From an uncultured Chloroflexia bacterium (lineage in GTDB: Bacteria; Chloroflexota; Limnocylindria; QHBO01), in NCBI GenBank assembly GCA_963827475.1, contig CAWHAZ010000002.1, forward strand, positions 32,001 through 96,000: a stretch of DNA of 64,000 nt, written 5' to 3'. Shown here piece by piece: positions 31,671-42,485 of this stretch (position 1 is its first letter; each line of letters starts with the position of its first letter). The notes beneath the pieces were generated by a model. The model made no database searches. It saw only the letters and a list, made by a program, of their open reading frames with translations, and had not been told where the DNA came from. Made by a program: the position numbers and the translations under genes.

Positions 31671-32543
31671 GTGCACGTCCACCTCGTCGACGCAACCTTC
31701 GAGCTGTTCCGGGCGTATCACTCCCGGCCCGCCGAGAAGGGCCCGGACGGTCGTCCGGTGAACGCCGTCCGCGGCGTCATCGACTCGATGCTGAGCCTGC
31801 TCCGCGAGCCGGACGTGACCCATATCGGGGCGGCGACGGACTACGTCATCGAGAGCTGGCGGAACGACGTGTACCCCGGCTACAAGTCGAGCGCGGGCCT
31901 GCCGTGGGACCTCACCGCCCAGTTTCGCGACGTCGAGCGGGCGATCCGCGCCCTGGGCGTGACCTGCTGGCCGATGGTCGAGGACGAGGCCGACGACGGT
32001 CTCGCGACGGTGACCGCCCGTGTGTCCGCGAGCAAGCGGGTCGAGCGGATCGTGATCTGCAGCGTCGACAAGGACCTGGCCCAGTGCGTCCGCGGCGAGC
32101 GGATCGTCCTCCGGGACCGGATGCGCAAGGTCGAGTACGACGAGGCCGGAGTGGTGGCCAAGTGGGGCGTGCACCCGACGAGCATTCCCGACTATCTCGC
32201 CCTCGTCGGCGACAGTTCGGACGGCTACCCGGGCCTGCCCGGCTGGGGCTCGCGCAGCGCGGCCGCGGTCCTGTTCCGCTGGGAGCACCTGGAGGCGATC
32301 CCCGATGACCCGCTCACCTGGGACGTCGACGTCCGGGGAGCGGGCCGGCTGGCGGTTACGTTGCGCGAGCGCCGGGACGAGGCATACCTCTATCGCCAGC
32401 TGGCGCGCCTGAACCTCGACTCCGACGCGCCCGGCGACCTCGACGACCTGGCCTGGGCCGGCGTGCCGCGCGCCCCGTTCGAGGCCCTGTGCGCGGAGCT
32501 CGGCTTCGAGTCCATTCCCGGCCGCGTCCACCGCTGGGCCTGA
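31671..32543 (+). CDS. Standalone 5'-3' exonuclease / flap endonuclease
   Basis: LVDATFELFRAY, YPGYK, EADD, SVDKDLAQ, YLALVGDSSDGYPGLPGWG. Confidence 0.92.
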   Translation: MHVHLVDATFELFRAYHSRPAEKGPDGRPVNAVRGVIDSMLSLLREPDVTHIGAATDYVIESWRNDVYPGYKSSAGLPWDLTAQFRDVERAIRALGVTCWPMVEDEADDGLATVTARVSASKRVERIVICSVDKDLAQCVRGERIVLRDRMRKVEYDEAGVVAKWGVHPTSIPDYLALVGDSSDGYPGLPGWGSRSAAAVLFRWEHLEAIPDDPLTWDVDVRGAGRLAVTLRERRDEAYLYRQLARLNLDSDAPGDLDDLAWAGVPRAPFEALCAELGFESIPGRVHRWA

Positions 32544-32628
32544 TCCGGAGCGGTACTCCCGACCCCGCCCTCGCCCGGACCATCGGCCCGGCTGACCTCG
32601 GCGCCACCGGCCGATACGGTCGGTACCG

Positions 32629-33729
32629 ATGCCACGCCGCTTCCTGGCGGCGTCGCTGCTGGCCGCCGTCGCCCTGTTCGGCAGCGGGGTCCCGGGTCAG
32701 GTGAATCCGGCAGTCGCTGCCTCGTGCAGCGGCTGGACCAGCGAGACGACGCCACCGACCACCATCCGCGTCTTCCGGGCCGCCAGCGGTGCGGTCGAAA
32801 CGGTCGATTTCCGCGTCTACGTCAAGAACGTGCTGTCGCGCGAGTGGATCGGCTCGTGGACGGCCGAGTCGCTTCGCTCCGGCGCGGTGGCGGTGAAGAT
32901 GTACGCCTGGTACCACGTCCTGCATTGGCGGAACCTGACCAATGCCTCGGGCCAATGCTTCGACGTCTACGACGACACGCGTGACCAGGTCTACAACCCG
33001 GCCCAGCCGACCTGGGCCGGCGCCGCCGCCGCCGTTGACGCCACGTGGAGCACACGCGCCCTGAAGAACGGGGCCATCTACCCGACGTACTACAACGGCG
33101 GGGCCGCGAACGAGCCGTGTGGCGCGAACGCCAACGGTTGGCGGATGTACCAGTGGGGCACCCAGGCCTGCGGGCTGGCCGGCAAGACCGCGGCCCAGAT
33201 CCTGCTGATCTACTACTACCCCGGCTGGACGGTGACCAACGCACCGACCCCACCGCCGCCGACCCCAACCCCGACCCCGGTGCCCACGCCGGTCCCGACG
33301 CCCGTACCCACCCCGGTCCCGACGCCGGCGCCCACTCCCCCGCCCACGCCGGCCCCGACACCGCCCCCTGCGCCACCCGCGCCAACGCCGCGGCCTCCGT
33401 CCGCGACACCGCCGCCGGCCGCGCCAAGTCCGGGAACCACCGCCGGGCCGGACGGGACGGCGGGAGAGGACCCGGGCAGTGGCCAGGCGATCGTCGCGGG
33501 CCTCGCCGCGCCTCCGTCGGAGCCGTCGGATCGACCCCTCCCGTTCAGCGTGCGCGCCGAGCGTGACCCGGCCGACGAGGCCGCGCCGCTCACGCCGGCC
33601 TATCGCGCGCTGGCCGGGCCGGCGATTCGAGCCCTGGCCGTCCAGCTGGCAGTCCCGCTGTTCGTCGGTCGGCCCGACCCCGGGCTGGCCCGCCCGGCCG
33701 CCTACCCGCCCTCGGGCGTCGACCGCTAG
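32629..33729 (+). CDS. Secreted SpoIID/LytB-domain protein (putative lytic transglycosylase) with Pro/Thr-rich linker
   Basis: Signal peptide, YVKNVLSREW..SW..ESLRSGAVAVKMY, DDTRDQVY, MYQWG, QILLIYY. Confidence 0.8.
   Translation: MPRRFLAASLLAAVALFGSGVPGQVNPAVAASCSGWTSETTPPTTIRVFRAASGAVETVDFRVYVKNVLSREWIGSWTAESLRSGAVAVKMYAWYHVLHWRNLTNASGQCFDVYDDTRDQVYNPAQPTWAGAAAAVDATWSTRALKNGAIYPTYYNGGAANEPCGANANGWRMYQWGTQACGLAGKTAAQILLIYYYPGWTVTNAPTPPPPTPTPTPVPTPVPTPVPTPVPTPAPTPPPTPAPTPPPAPPAPTPRPPSATPPPAAPSPGTTAGPDGTAGEDPGSGQAIVAGLAAPPSEPSDRPLPFSVRAERDPADEAAPLTPAYRALAGPAIRALAVQLAVPLFVGRPDPGLARPAAYPPSGVDR
33241..33420 (+). repeat. Low-complexity PTPV/PTPA coding repeat
   Basis: PTPTPTPVPTPVPTPVPTPVPTPAPTPPPTPAPTPPP. 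Confidence 0.85.
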
Positions 33730-34685
33730 GCCCGCTCCCCTCGGGCCCGCCACCGGGCCACGGCAAGGTCCGCGGCGGCCAGGTCCTGGATCGCCAGGCC
33801 CACGCTCTTGAAGATCGTGATCGCGGCCGGGTCGCGGTTCGCGGCCCAATCGGCGGGCAGGCTCCCGATCTCGATCACGTCAGTCGCAGAGAGCTGACCG
33901 GCCTCGATCGCGGCCGCCAGGTCTCCCGCCTCGTGGCCGGCGGCCTCGCGCGAGTCGACCGCGACCAGCGCCGCGCGCCCGAACGCCTCGGGGGGAACCT
34001 CGACCATGCCCATCCGGAACGAGCCGAGCGCATTGACGTGGGTGCCCGGATCCAGCCAGCCGGCCGCGAAGACGGGCGTCTCCGACGGCGTCACGCAGCA
34101 GACGATGTCGGCACCGCGGACCGCGGCCTCGGCCGACTCGGCGGCACGGACCGATACCGGCAGGGCGGCGTCCATGGCCGCGGCGAACGTTTCGCGCGGG
34201 CCGGCGGAGCGGGAGTAGACCCGGACCTCGGTGAGCGGCCGCGCGGCCAGCACGGCGCGAATCTGCGATTCGGCCTGCACCCCGGTCCCGAACAGGGCCA
34301 TGACCGACGCGTCGGGTCGAGCCATCAGCCGCGCGCCCACGCCCGAGGCCGCGCCGGTCCGCATCGCGGTCACCGCCGGCCCGTCGAACTGGAACGCCGC
34401 CTCGCCGGTGCGGGCATCGAACCAGGTGACCGCGCCCTGGATGGTCGGCAGGCCGCGTTCCGGGTTGCCCGGGACCCAGGTGATGAGCTTGACCGCGGCA
34501 CCTGTGCCGCCATCTCGGACCGCCGGCATCAGGACGAGCAGCCCGCCGCCTTCGAGCTCGAGATGCTGGCGGATCGGGGAGCGGTCGCGACCCTCGGCGA
34601 CGTCGCGGTAGGCGGCCTCCACCGCGTCGAGCAGCCGGTCCATGGGGACCAGCTCCCGAAGGGTGGCGGCGTCGATCAGCTCCAT
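33726..34685 (-). CDS. Ornithine cyclodeaminase / mu-crystallin family protein
   Basis: NPERGLPTIQG, TAMRTGAASG, FGTGVQA, GTHVNALGS, FKSVGLAIQD. Confidence 0.93.
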   Translation of the reverse strand: MELIDAATLRELVPMDRLLDAVEAAYRDVAEGRDRSPIRQHLELEGGGLLVLMPAVRDGGTGAAVKLITWVPGNPERGLPTIQGAVTWFDARTGEAAFQFDGPAVTAMRTGAASGVGARLMARPDASVMALFGTGVQAESQIRAVLAARPLTEVRVYSRSAGPRETFAAAMDAALPVSVRAAESAEAAVRGADIVCCVTPSETPVFAAGWLDPGTHVNALGSFRMGMVEVPPEAFGRAALVAVDSREAAGHEAGDLAAAIEAGQLSATDVIEIGSLPADWAANRDPAAITIFKSVGLAIQDLAAADLAVARWRARGERA

Positions 34686-34742
34686 CGGTGCGCTAGCATC
34701 GGTCCGCCCATGAGGAGCAGACCGCGGTCGTGCTGAGTCCGG

Positions 34743-34853
34743 TCAGAACAGGGTGTCGAGGGGGTTCGGCGTGCCGAGGACGAATGACGCCCCGATGATG
34801 ATGACGAATAGCGCGGCCGCGAAGACGGCGAGCCACTTCAAGACTTCCCACAT
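34743..34853 (-). CDS. Small (36 aa) single-TM protein, below the ORF-track cutoff
   Basis: MWEVLKWLAVFAAALFVIIIGASFVLGTPNPLDTLF*; TAGAAT and GGGAG directly upstream; fills the intergenic gap. Confidence 0.7.
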   Translation of the reverse strand: MWEVLKWLAVFAAALFVIIIGASFVLGTPNPLDTLF

Positions 34854-34882
34854 GGCTCCCGGATTCTAGGGCCACCGCGCAA

Positions 34883-36115
34883 GTGCCCTCCGCAGCGCCC
34901 GTCCTGCGGCTGTACGACACGCGCCGTGGCGGCATCTTTCCGATCGAGCCCTACGAGGAGGGCCCGATCGGGTTGTACGTGTGCGGCATCACGCCCTACG
35001 ACACCACCCACCTGGGGCATGCGTTCACGTACCTCCAGCTCGACGTCGTCCATCGGTACCTGGAGTACGCCGGCCGGGATGTCCGCTACGTCCAGAACCT
35101 GACCGATGTCGATGACGACATGCTCGCCCACGCCCGTGAGCAAGGTGAGGACTACCTCGCGCTCGGCACCCGCCAGACGGAGCGGTTCCTGTCCGACATG
35201 GCGGATCTGAACTGGCTGCCGCCCGATGTCCACCCCCGGGCGACCGAGCACGTTTCGCAGATGGTCGACCTGATCGAGAAGCTGCTGGCCGCCGGGATGG
35301 CGTACCAGGGCGAAGGCCACGTCTACCTCTCGGTGGCCGATGACCCGGGGTGGGGTGCCCTGTCCCACGTTCCGCGCCGGCAGCAGCTGGACCTCGCCAA
35401 CGAACGGGGCAACCGGGCCGATCTGCCGGGTAAGCGCGACCCGCTCGATCCGGTGCTGTGGCAGCGCTCGCTGCCCGACGAGCCATCGTGGCCCTCGCCG
35501 TGGGGCGACGGGCGCCCGGGGTGGCACATCGAGTGCTCGGCGATGAGCGTGACCCACCTCGGCCCGCAGTTCGAGATCCACGGCGGCGGCCGGGACCTCG
35601 CCTTCCCGCACCACGAGGCGGAGCGGCTCCAGTCGGAAGGCGCGACCGGGGTCCGGCCGGTCGTTCGCCACTGGGTCCACACCGGGATGGTCCATCACGA
35701 GCGGGAGAAGATGAGCAAGTCGCTCGGCAACCTGGTCATGGTCCGCGACCTGCTCGACCGATGGCCGGCCGATGTCGTTCGGCTCGCCCTGATCGGCCGG
35801 CACTACCGCGAGGACCTGACGTGGACCGATGCGCTCCTGGCGGAGGCCGGTTCGCACGTCCAGCGGTGGACGGAGGCCGCCCGCCACCGGAGTCGCAACG
35901 GCGATCTCGCCGTCGCCGACGCGGTGGCCTGGCGACGCGAGGAAGCGTTGGCCGCGCTCGCCAACGACCTGGACACCCCCGGCGCCATCCAGAAGCTCGA
36001 CGCGATCGCCGGCGTGGCCCTCGGCCGGCAGTCGGAAGACACGCAGCGATCGGCGGCGACCCACCTGCACGAGCTGGCCACCCGGATCCTCGGCCTGCGG
36101 CTCGTCGGCGGGTGA
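34883..36115 (+). CDS. MshC-like short cysteine--tRNA ligase paralog (class I ligase lacking an obvious anticodon domain)
   Basis: YVCGITPYDTTHLGHAFTY, QNLTDVDD, GRPGWHIECSAM, GGGRDLAFPHHE, KMSKSLGN, LANDLDTP; ends at about 410 aa with ILGLRL. Confidence 0.8.
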   Translation: MPSAAPVLRLYDTRRGGIFPIEPYEEGPIGLYVCGITPYDTTHLGHAFTYLQLDVVHRYLEYAGRDVRYVQNLTDVDDDMLAHAREQGEDYLALGTRQTERFLSDMADLNWLPPDVHPRATEHVSQMVDLIEKLLAAGMAYQGEGHVYLSVADDPGWGALSHVPRRQQLDLANERGNRADLPGKRDPLDPVLWQRSLPDEPSWPSPWGDGRPGWHIECSAMSVTHLGPQFEIHGGGRDLAFPHHEAERLQSEGATGVRPVVRHWVHTGMVHHEREKMSKSLGNLVMVRDLLDRWPADVVRLALIGRHYREDLTWTDALLAEAGSHVQRWTEAARHRSRNGDLAVADAVAWRREEALAALANDLDTPGAIQKLDAIAGVALGRQSEDTQRSAATHLHELATRILGLRLVGG

Positions 36116-36122
36116 GCTCCCG

Positions 36123-36632
36123 ATGACGGATCAGGACAACGTCCCGCCCAGCGTCCGCCTGGGCGAGGTGGTCCCGCCCGAGGATCCCGAGGACTGGGGC
36201 CGGCCGCTGACCTGGGTCGTGGCCGCCGGGATGCTGGTCGCGCCGGTCGCCGGGGCGGTCTGGTTCGCGACTGCCGGTCCCGCCGACCCCACGACCTCGC
36301 TGACCGGGACGGCCATCCTCGCCGCGGTGCTCGCCGCCGGGGCTGCCGTCACCGGCGCCACGCAGCGAGGCGCGGCCCGCGCCGCCCTCACCACCATCGG
36401 CGCGGGGCTGTTCGGTGCGCTTGGACTGGTGGTGGCCGGCAGCGCGGTCGCCGATGGGGCTTCGCTCGGTGTCGCGCTCGCCGCGGCGACCGCCGGCGGC
36501 TTCGGGTCGGTGCCGGCGGCGGGCATCGCCGCGCTCGTGTCCGACGCCCCTCGACTGCGCCGTTTCCTCTCCCCGGCGCTGGTCGGCGGCCTGGTCGCCT
36601 TCCTTGGCGTGCGGAACCTGTTCGGGCCCTAG
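36123..36632 (+). CDS. Hypothetical membrane protein
   Basis: In-frame ATG 36123, VRLGEVVPPEDPEDWGRPLTWVVAAGML, 4-5 hydrophobic helices. Confidence 0.75.
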   Translation: MTDQDNVPPSVRLGEVVPPEDPEDWGRPLTWVVAAGMLVAPVAGAVWFATAGPADPTTSLTGTAILAAVLAAGAAVTGATQRGAARAALTTIGAGLFGALGLVVAGSAVADGASLGVALAAATAGGFGSVPAAGIAALVSDAPRLRRFLSPALVGGLVAFLGVRNLFGP

Positions 36633-37643
36633 CCCTTCGCCGCGATCGGTCCGCTCCCGACCAGGATGCATGCCGCCTCGTGGTCGGCGCCGACCGTCAC
36701 CAGCGCGGGATCGATCGTTCGACAGGCATCGATCGCCACCGGGCAACGCGGATGGAAGCGGCAGCCCGACGGGATGCGCGAAGGATCGGGCGTCTCGCCG
36801 ACCAGGATCTGTGAGCCCGATCGCGGGCGTCCGGATCGGCCACCGGGAGCACGGAGAGCAGGGCGCGGGTGTACGGGTGCTGCGGATCGGCCAAGACCTG
36901 CCCGGTCGGTCCGGATTCCACGATCCGGCCGAGGTACATCACCGCGACCCGGTCGGCATAGGCGAAGACCGTGGCCAGGTCGTGCGTGATCATGAGAACG
37001 CGATCGACCGCTCGGTGGCCAGTCGCCGAATGAGGTTCAGGATCTCGGCGCGGATGCTGACGTCGAGCATGGACACCGGCTCGTCCGCGACGAGGACCTG
37101 CGGCTCGAGGATCAGCGCAGCGGCGATCGCCACCCGCTGCCGTTGTCCGCCCGACAGCTCGAACGGGAGGCGCCCCTCGTAGGCATCGGGGGGGTTCAGC
37201 CCGGCCAGTCCCAGCGCGCGTGGACACGGCTGCGGATGTCGGCCCGGGAGGCACGCATGGTGGATCCTGAGCGGCTCGGCGACGATGTCGCCGACCCGCT
37301 GTCGCGGGTTCAGCGACTCGTACGGGTCCTGGAAGATCATCTGCACCCTTCGTTTCGGGCGGCGGTCAGCTCGCGGCGAGAGAAGCCGGCGATCGGCTCG
37401 CCGTTGAGCAGGACGCGCCGCGCGGTCGGCTCCAGCAGACCCAGGAGGAGGTTGCCGGTCGTCGTCTTGCCGCTTCCTGATTCGCCGACCAGGGCGAGCA
37501 CCTCGCCCGGTGCCAGTTCGAAGCTCACCCCATCCACCGCTCGACCGGGCTGTCGGGTCGGCGGCGGAGGGAGTCGGTCGAGCGAGCGGCGGCCGGGGAA
37601 ATGCATCGTGAGCTGGTCGATGACCAGGATCGGCTGAGGTCAT
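36629..37643 (-). CDS. Oligopeptide/dipeptide ABC transporter ATP-binding protein (frameshifted)
   Basis: [55 protein letters not shown]-terminal HEAACIL. Confidence 0.85.
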
Positions 37644-39613
37644 CGAGCGAGCGGACCCCGCCGGATCCACGAGGAAGCACGCCGCGCGCCGGTCGCCGTC
37701 GAGCTCATAGGCGGCGGGACCTCGACCCGGCACCGCTCGAAGGCGTGGAGGCACCGCGGCGCGAACGGGCAGCCGGCGGGCATCGCGTCGAGCCGCGGCG
37801 GCGTGCCGGGGATCGCCCGCAGCGCGCGGTCCGGGCTGCCCGGCGTCGGGGAACGCGTGCAGGAGGGCGGTCGTGTACGGGTGGCGGGGGTCGTGGAACA
37901 GGCGGGCCGGCCTGCGCCTGCTCGGCGAGCCGGCCGCCGTACATCACGACCACCTGGTCGCAGACCTGCGCCACCACCCCGAGGTCATGGGTGATCAGGA
38001 TCGTGCTCATCTCGAGCTCCTCGGTCAGCCCGGCCAGCAGCTCGAGGATCTGGGCCTGGATCATCACGTCGAGCGCGGTGGTGGGCTCGTCGGCGACGAT
38101 GACGTCGCGGCCGGCAGGCGAGAGCGAGGGCGATCATCGCTCGCTGGCGCATGCCGCCGGAGTAGGTGTGCGGGTACTCCTCCGCCCGCCGGGCCCCGAT
38201 TCCCACCCGCTCCAGCAGCTCGGCGGCGCGGCGATCCGCGAGCGTGCGCGCTGATCGTGCGGCTCGTGGATGCGGATCGCCTCGGCGACCTGGTGGCCGA
38301 CCGGGCGGACCGGGTTGAGCGCATTCATCGCCCCCTGGAAGACCATCGCCATCCTCGTCCAGCGGAACGCCCGCATCTCGTCTCGGGGCAGGGACAACAC
38401 GTCGGTCCCGTCGAACAACGACCGTGCCCGGCGGCCACATGGCCCTCGGGCGGGAGCAGGCGCTGGATGGCCGAGCATGGCCGTCGTCTTGCCGCAGCCC
38501 GACTCCCCGACCAGGCCGACGGTCTGCCCGCGGTGCAGGTCGAAGCTCAGGTCGTCGACCGCGGGAGCGGCCCGGCCGGCGTGTCGAACTCGACGCTGAG
38601 GTCCCGGACGGCGAGGACGGCTCCGGGCGGCACCCGTCCGGCGCGGCGATCCTGCGGAGGACGCCGGCACCATCCGCGATCCACGACCGCCGGCGATCGG
38701 CGCGGTCACGCTCGAGGTAGTGCCGCTTCAGGCGCGGGTTGAGGAGGTCCTCGATCGCGTTGCCGAGCATGGCGTGGCCGAGGACGACCCACACGATCGC
38801 CAGGCCCGGGGGGAGGAAGGCCCACCATGCCCCGGCCGAGACGGCGCCGCGGTTGAACGCGAAGTTCAGCATCTTCCCCCAGCTGATGAGGGTCGGGTCG
38901 CCGAGGCCGATGAAGGCGAGGGTCGACTCGCAGGATGGCCGAGATGAACAGGACCGAGTAGGCGACCAGCAGCGGCATGACCAGCGGCAGGATGTGGTGG
39001 CGGATGATGTACCCGTCCGCCAGCGCCGACGGCCCGCGCCCGCGGTGACGAACTGTCGCTCGCGCAGGGACAGCGCTCGGACCGCACCAGACGCGCGGTC
39101 GTCGTCCAGCCGAGGAGGCCGATGACGAGGATGATCGTCGACAGGCTCGGTCCGAGGATCGCGACCAGCACGATCTGAAGCGCCAGGGCTGGAATGACCA
39201 GCACGAAATCGGTGATCCGCATCAGCGTGCCGCCCAGTCCTCCCACCGCGGTAGCCGGCGACGACCCGATGGTGGAGCCCACTCCCAGGCGAAGGAACGC
39301 CGCGACGAATCCGACCAGCAGGGAGACGCGCGCCCCGTACATGAGCTGGGACAGGACGTCCTTGCCCCCGTCGTCGGTCCCCAGCGGGTGCTCGGCCGAC
39401 GGTGGCTGGTAGATGTCCTCGATGCTGACCGGCGGGCGTCTCGTACGGGTCGTACGGGCGCGATCCAGGGCGCGAAGACCGCGATCGACGAGGGTGAGGC
39501 TCAGCATGATCAGGCCCGGCGACGCCGGCCGGATGGCGCAGGAGGGTCGCAGCAGGCCGCGGGGAGCGGCGATCGCGGGCGGGCGCGGTGGCGGTCTCGA
39601 CGACGGTCGTCAT
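37640..39613 (-). CDS. Oligopeptide ABC permease (C-type) followed by or fused to an ATP-binding domain (heavily frameshifted)
   Basis: [24 protein letters not shown] and [15 protein letters not shown], then [27 protein letters not shown] and [12 protein letters not shown]. No clear stop/start is visible between the two parts. Confidence 0.75.
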
Positions 39614-39618
39614 GCGTG

Positions 39619-40641
39619 TCAGGCCTCGCTCACGCGCGGGTCGAGCAAGCCATAGGCGAGGTCCGCGAGGAGGTTGGCGGCGACGACCACGACCGCGATC
39701 AGCAGGAACGTGCCCTGCAGGACGGGGTAGTCCTTCTCGGCCGACCGCCTGTCACGGTGAGGAGGCCTAAACCGGGCCACGAGAAGACACCTCGGTCTGG
39801 ATGGCGCCGGCCACCATGAAGCCGAAGTTGAGGGCGATGAGCGTGACCATGGGCAGCATCGCGTTGCGCAGGGCGTGCCGCGAATGATCCGCCAGGTGGT
39901 CAGGCCCTTGGCCTTGGCGGTGAGGATGTAGTCCTCGCTGAAGACGTCGAGCACGCTGCTGCGCATGATCAGGACGTACTCGCCGAAGATGACCAGGGCG
40001 AGGGTCAGGGTCGGCAGGATGAGGTGGGTGATCAGGTCGGCGCACGCCTCCCACGCTGTGTCCGAAGTCGGCGCCGATCGTCGTGCTCGGCCCCCGGTCG
40101 GCAGGCCGAGGGTGCCGGCCCCGAAGAACAGCAGGATGATCCCCAGGAAGAACGTGGGCAGCGACCAGAGCAGCAGCGCGACGGCCACCGCGCCGCAGTC
40201 GATCCCCGATTTCCGCGCCGCCAGGCCGCGGCCAGGCCCGAGCCGACGCCGAGCAGCGATCGACGATGACCTGCGCCGGGAGCACGAGCCACAGCGTGTT
40301 GCCGAGAGCCACCGCCAGCAGCTCGGAGACGGGTTGGCTGCGGTCGGGCGTACGACACGCCGAGGTCGCCTGCGCCAGCTGCGCCGAGGTAGATGAAGTA
40401 TTGCGAGTCGAAGAGGCTCGCCCTCGAGGTTGAGGAAGACCGGCTTGTCGAGGCCGAAGCGCTCGGCCAGCGCCGCCTCGGTCTCCGGGCTCATCCGCGG
40501 GTCCTTCACCCCGGCCTTGGCCGGGTCGCCGGGCAGGACGCGGAACAGGAAGAAGTTGAAGGTGATGACCACGAAGATCGTCACCACCGCCCACGCCATC
40601 CGGCGCACCAGGAAACTCCCGCGGCCGGTCAGAGCCGCACC
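39619..40641 (-). CDS. Oligopeptide ABC permease (B-type, frameshifted)
   Basis: [56 protein letters not shown]. Confidence 0.85.
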   Translation of the reverse strand, partial: GAALTGRGSFLVRRMAWAVVTIFVVITFNFFLFRVLPGDPAKAGVKDPRMSPETEAALAERFGLDKPVFLNLEGEPLRLAILHLPRRSWRRRPRRVVRPTAANPSPSCWRWLSATRCGSCSRRRSSSIAARRRLGPGRGLAARKSGIDCGAVAVALLLWSLPTFFLGIILLFFGAGTLGLPTGGRARRSAPTSDTAWEACADLITHLILPTLTLALVIFGEYVLIMRSSVLDVFSEDYILTAKAKGLTTWRIIRGTPCATRCCPWSRSSPSTSASWWPAPSRPRCLLVARFRPPHRDRRSAEKDYPVLQGTFLLIAVVVVAANLLADLAYGLLDPRVSEA

Positions 40642-40671
40642 GTCCGATCGCTATCGGTCGCCGTCTATCGG

Positions 40672-42392
40672 CTATTCGACCGGGCGGATGAGGACCAGCG
40701 AGGAGGGCTCGTCCAGCCCGAAGGTCTGCAGGGCCCTCGTGCCAGCCCGTGAACGTGTCGGTCCGGTAGGCCTCGACGTTCGGGGTAGTAGTACGGAATG
40801 ATGTAGGAGCATCCTCGAGCAGGATCTGCTGCAGCTCGTGGACCATCTGGACCCGCGTGTCCGAGATCGGTCTCGATGCCTGAGGCGTTGTAGATCTCGT
40901 CGTACTCCGGGATTGCAGTAGCCGGTCTCGCTCGTCCCCGGCTCGACCTCGTCGCAGGTCGTGACGCTCAGCAGGAACATCGGGATCGGGGTCCGAGCCC
41001 CATCCCCACAGGATGACGTCGTAGTCGAAGGCCGGGCAGCAGACCGCGGTCAGGGCGTCCGGGTCGAGGGCATGATCTCGAGGTGACCCCGACCTCGGCC
41101 CACATCGCGTCCAGCAGTCTCCGCCTCGCGCGGCGCCGGTGTCGATGTCGTCGGGGTAGTTGAGCCGGAACGTCAGGTCGTCACAGTCCTGGTCTGCCAG
41201 AGGCATTCGCGAACCCCGTCGCCATCGGTGTCCTCATAGCCGGCGTCGTCGAGCATCTGGTTGGCGGCATCGACGTCGAACGCGTAGTCGGCGTCCACCC
41301 GATGAAGAAGTCGCCCAGCCCGGCGGGCACGAGGCCACGCCGAGGTTGGCGGTCCCGAGGGTGGCAACGTCGATGATCTGCTGCTTGTCGTCGCGCTGGC
41401 GAGGGCCTGGCGGACGGTGACATCACGGAGGGCCTCATGGCCCGGAGCAGATCCGCCGTCGGGAATCAAGTCGCTGGGCCCCGGGCAGTCGGCCGGGTCG
41501 ATGATGTTGAAGAAGATGTCACGGATGACGTGGCGCCGGACGTCGGTAATCGGACCTCGACGTTCTCGGCGTTCTGGAGGGTCGCGAGGCGGTGGCCGGG
41601 AACTCGGTGATGGCATGTCCACGTCACCGTCGGTCAGCGCCGCGACCCGCGCGTCGGCGTTGGCGATAGGTCTGGAAGATCACCTCGTCGACTATCGGCG
41701 GGGTGGCCCAGTAGTCGTCGTTGCGCTTCCAGCTGACGGACTCGCCCTGGTCTCGAACCCGCGCGAGCTTGAACGGGCCGGTACCCGATCATCTCTTCGT
41801 TCTCGAAGTGACCGGGTCTTCGCGCTTCCCAGATGTGCATGGGCAGGACGTACATGAACACCATCCGCGTACTCGAAGTTGCCGACCGGGTCGCTCGGTG
41901 GTGATCACGAGGGTCGTCGGGTCGGGCGCCTGGATCGTCGACGAACACGTCCGGGTAGGAGGGCATGGTAGATGTAGTCCGTGTGTCGCGGTAGAGCTCG
42001 AGGCTGAACTTCACGTCCTCGCTGGTGAGCGGCGTGCCGTCGTGGAACATCGCGCCGTCGACAAGGGCAGGGTCCACGTCAGCCCGTCGTCGGACACCGT
42101 CCAGTCGGTGGCCAGCTCCGGGACAACTCGCCGTCGGGCGTCGATCGCGATCGGCGTGTCGTAGACCAGCTCGTAGAGGACGTAGTCCTCGGCACAGCAC
42201 GCCATTGCCCGGGTTCAGGCGGTGGGGGCGCCACCGATGCCGACCCGGACCGTCCCCCCGGTCGGCTCCAGCTCCCCGACGGCGGGGCTCGATCGGACCC
42301 GCCGGGCTCTCGCTGGCCGATGGCTGGCAGGCGGACAGGACCAGGGCGACCGTGAACAGGAGGGCAGAGGCCGGGCGAAGCGGGCGACGCAC
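40672..42392 (-). CDS. Peptide ABC transporter substrate-binding lipoprotein, family 5 (heavily frameshifted)
   Basis: Lipobox VLSAC, PELATDWTVSDDGLTWT, FHDGTPLTSEDVKFS, VRQAL, ANQMLDDAGY.DTDGDGVRE, WGWGSDPDP. Confidence 0.85.
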
Positions 42393-42485
42393 GAGGGAGG
42401 CTCCTCTATCGGGACGCTGATGATGGCACACGCTCCTTCGAGGCGGCAACGCCGGCCCGTCGGCCCGCGCCATACTCGGCTGGCC

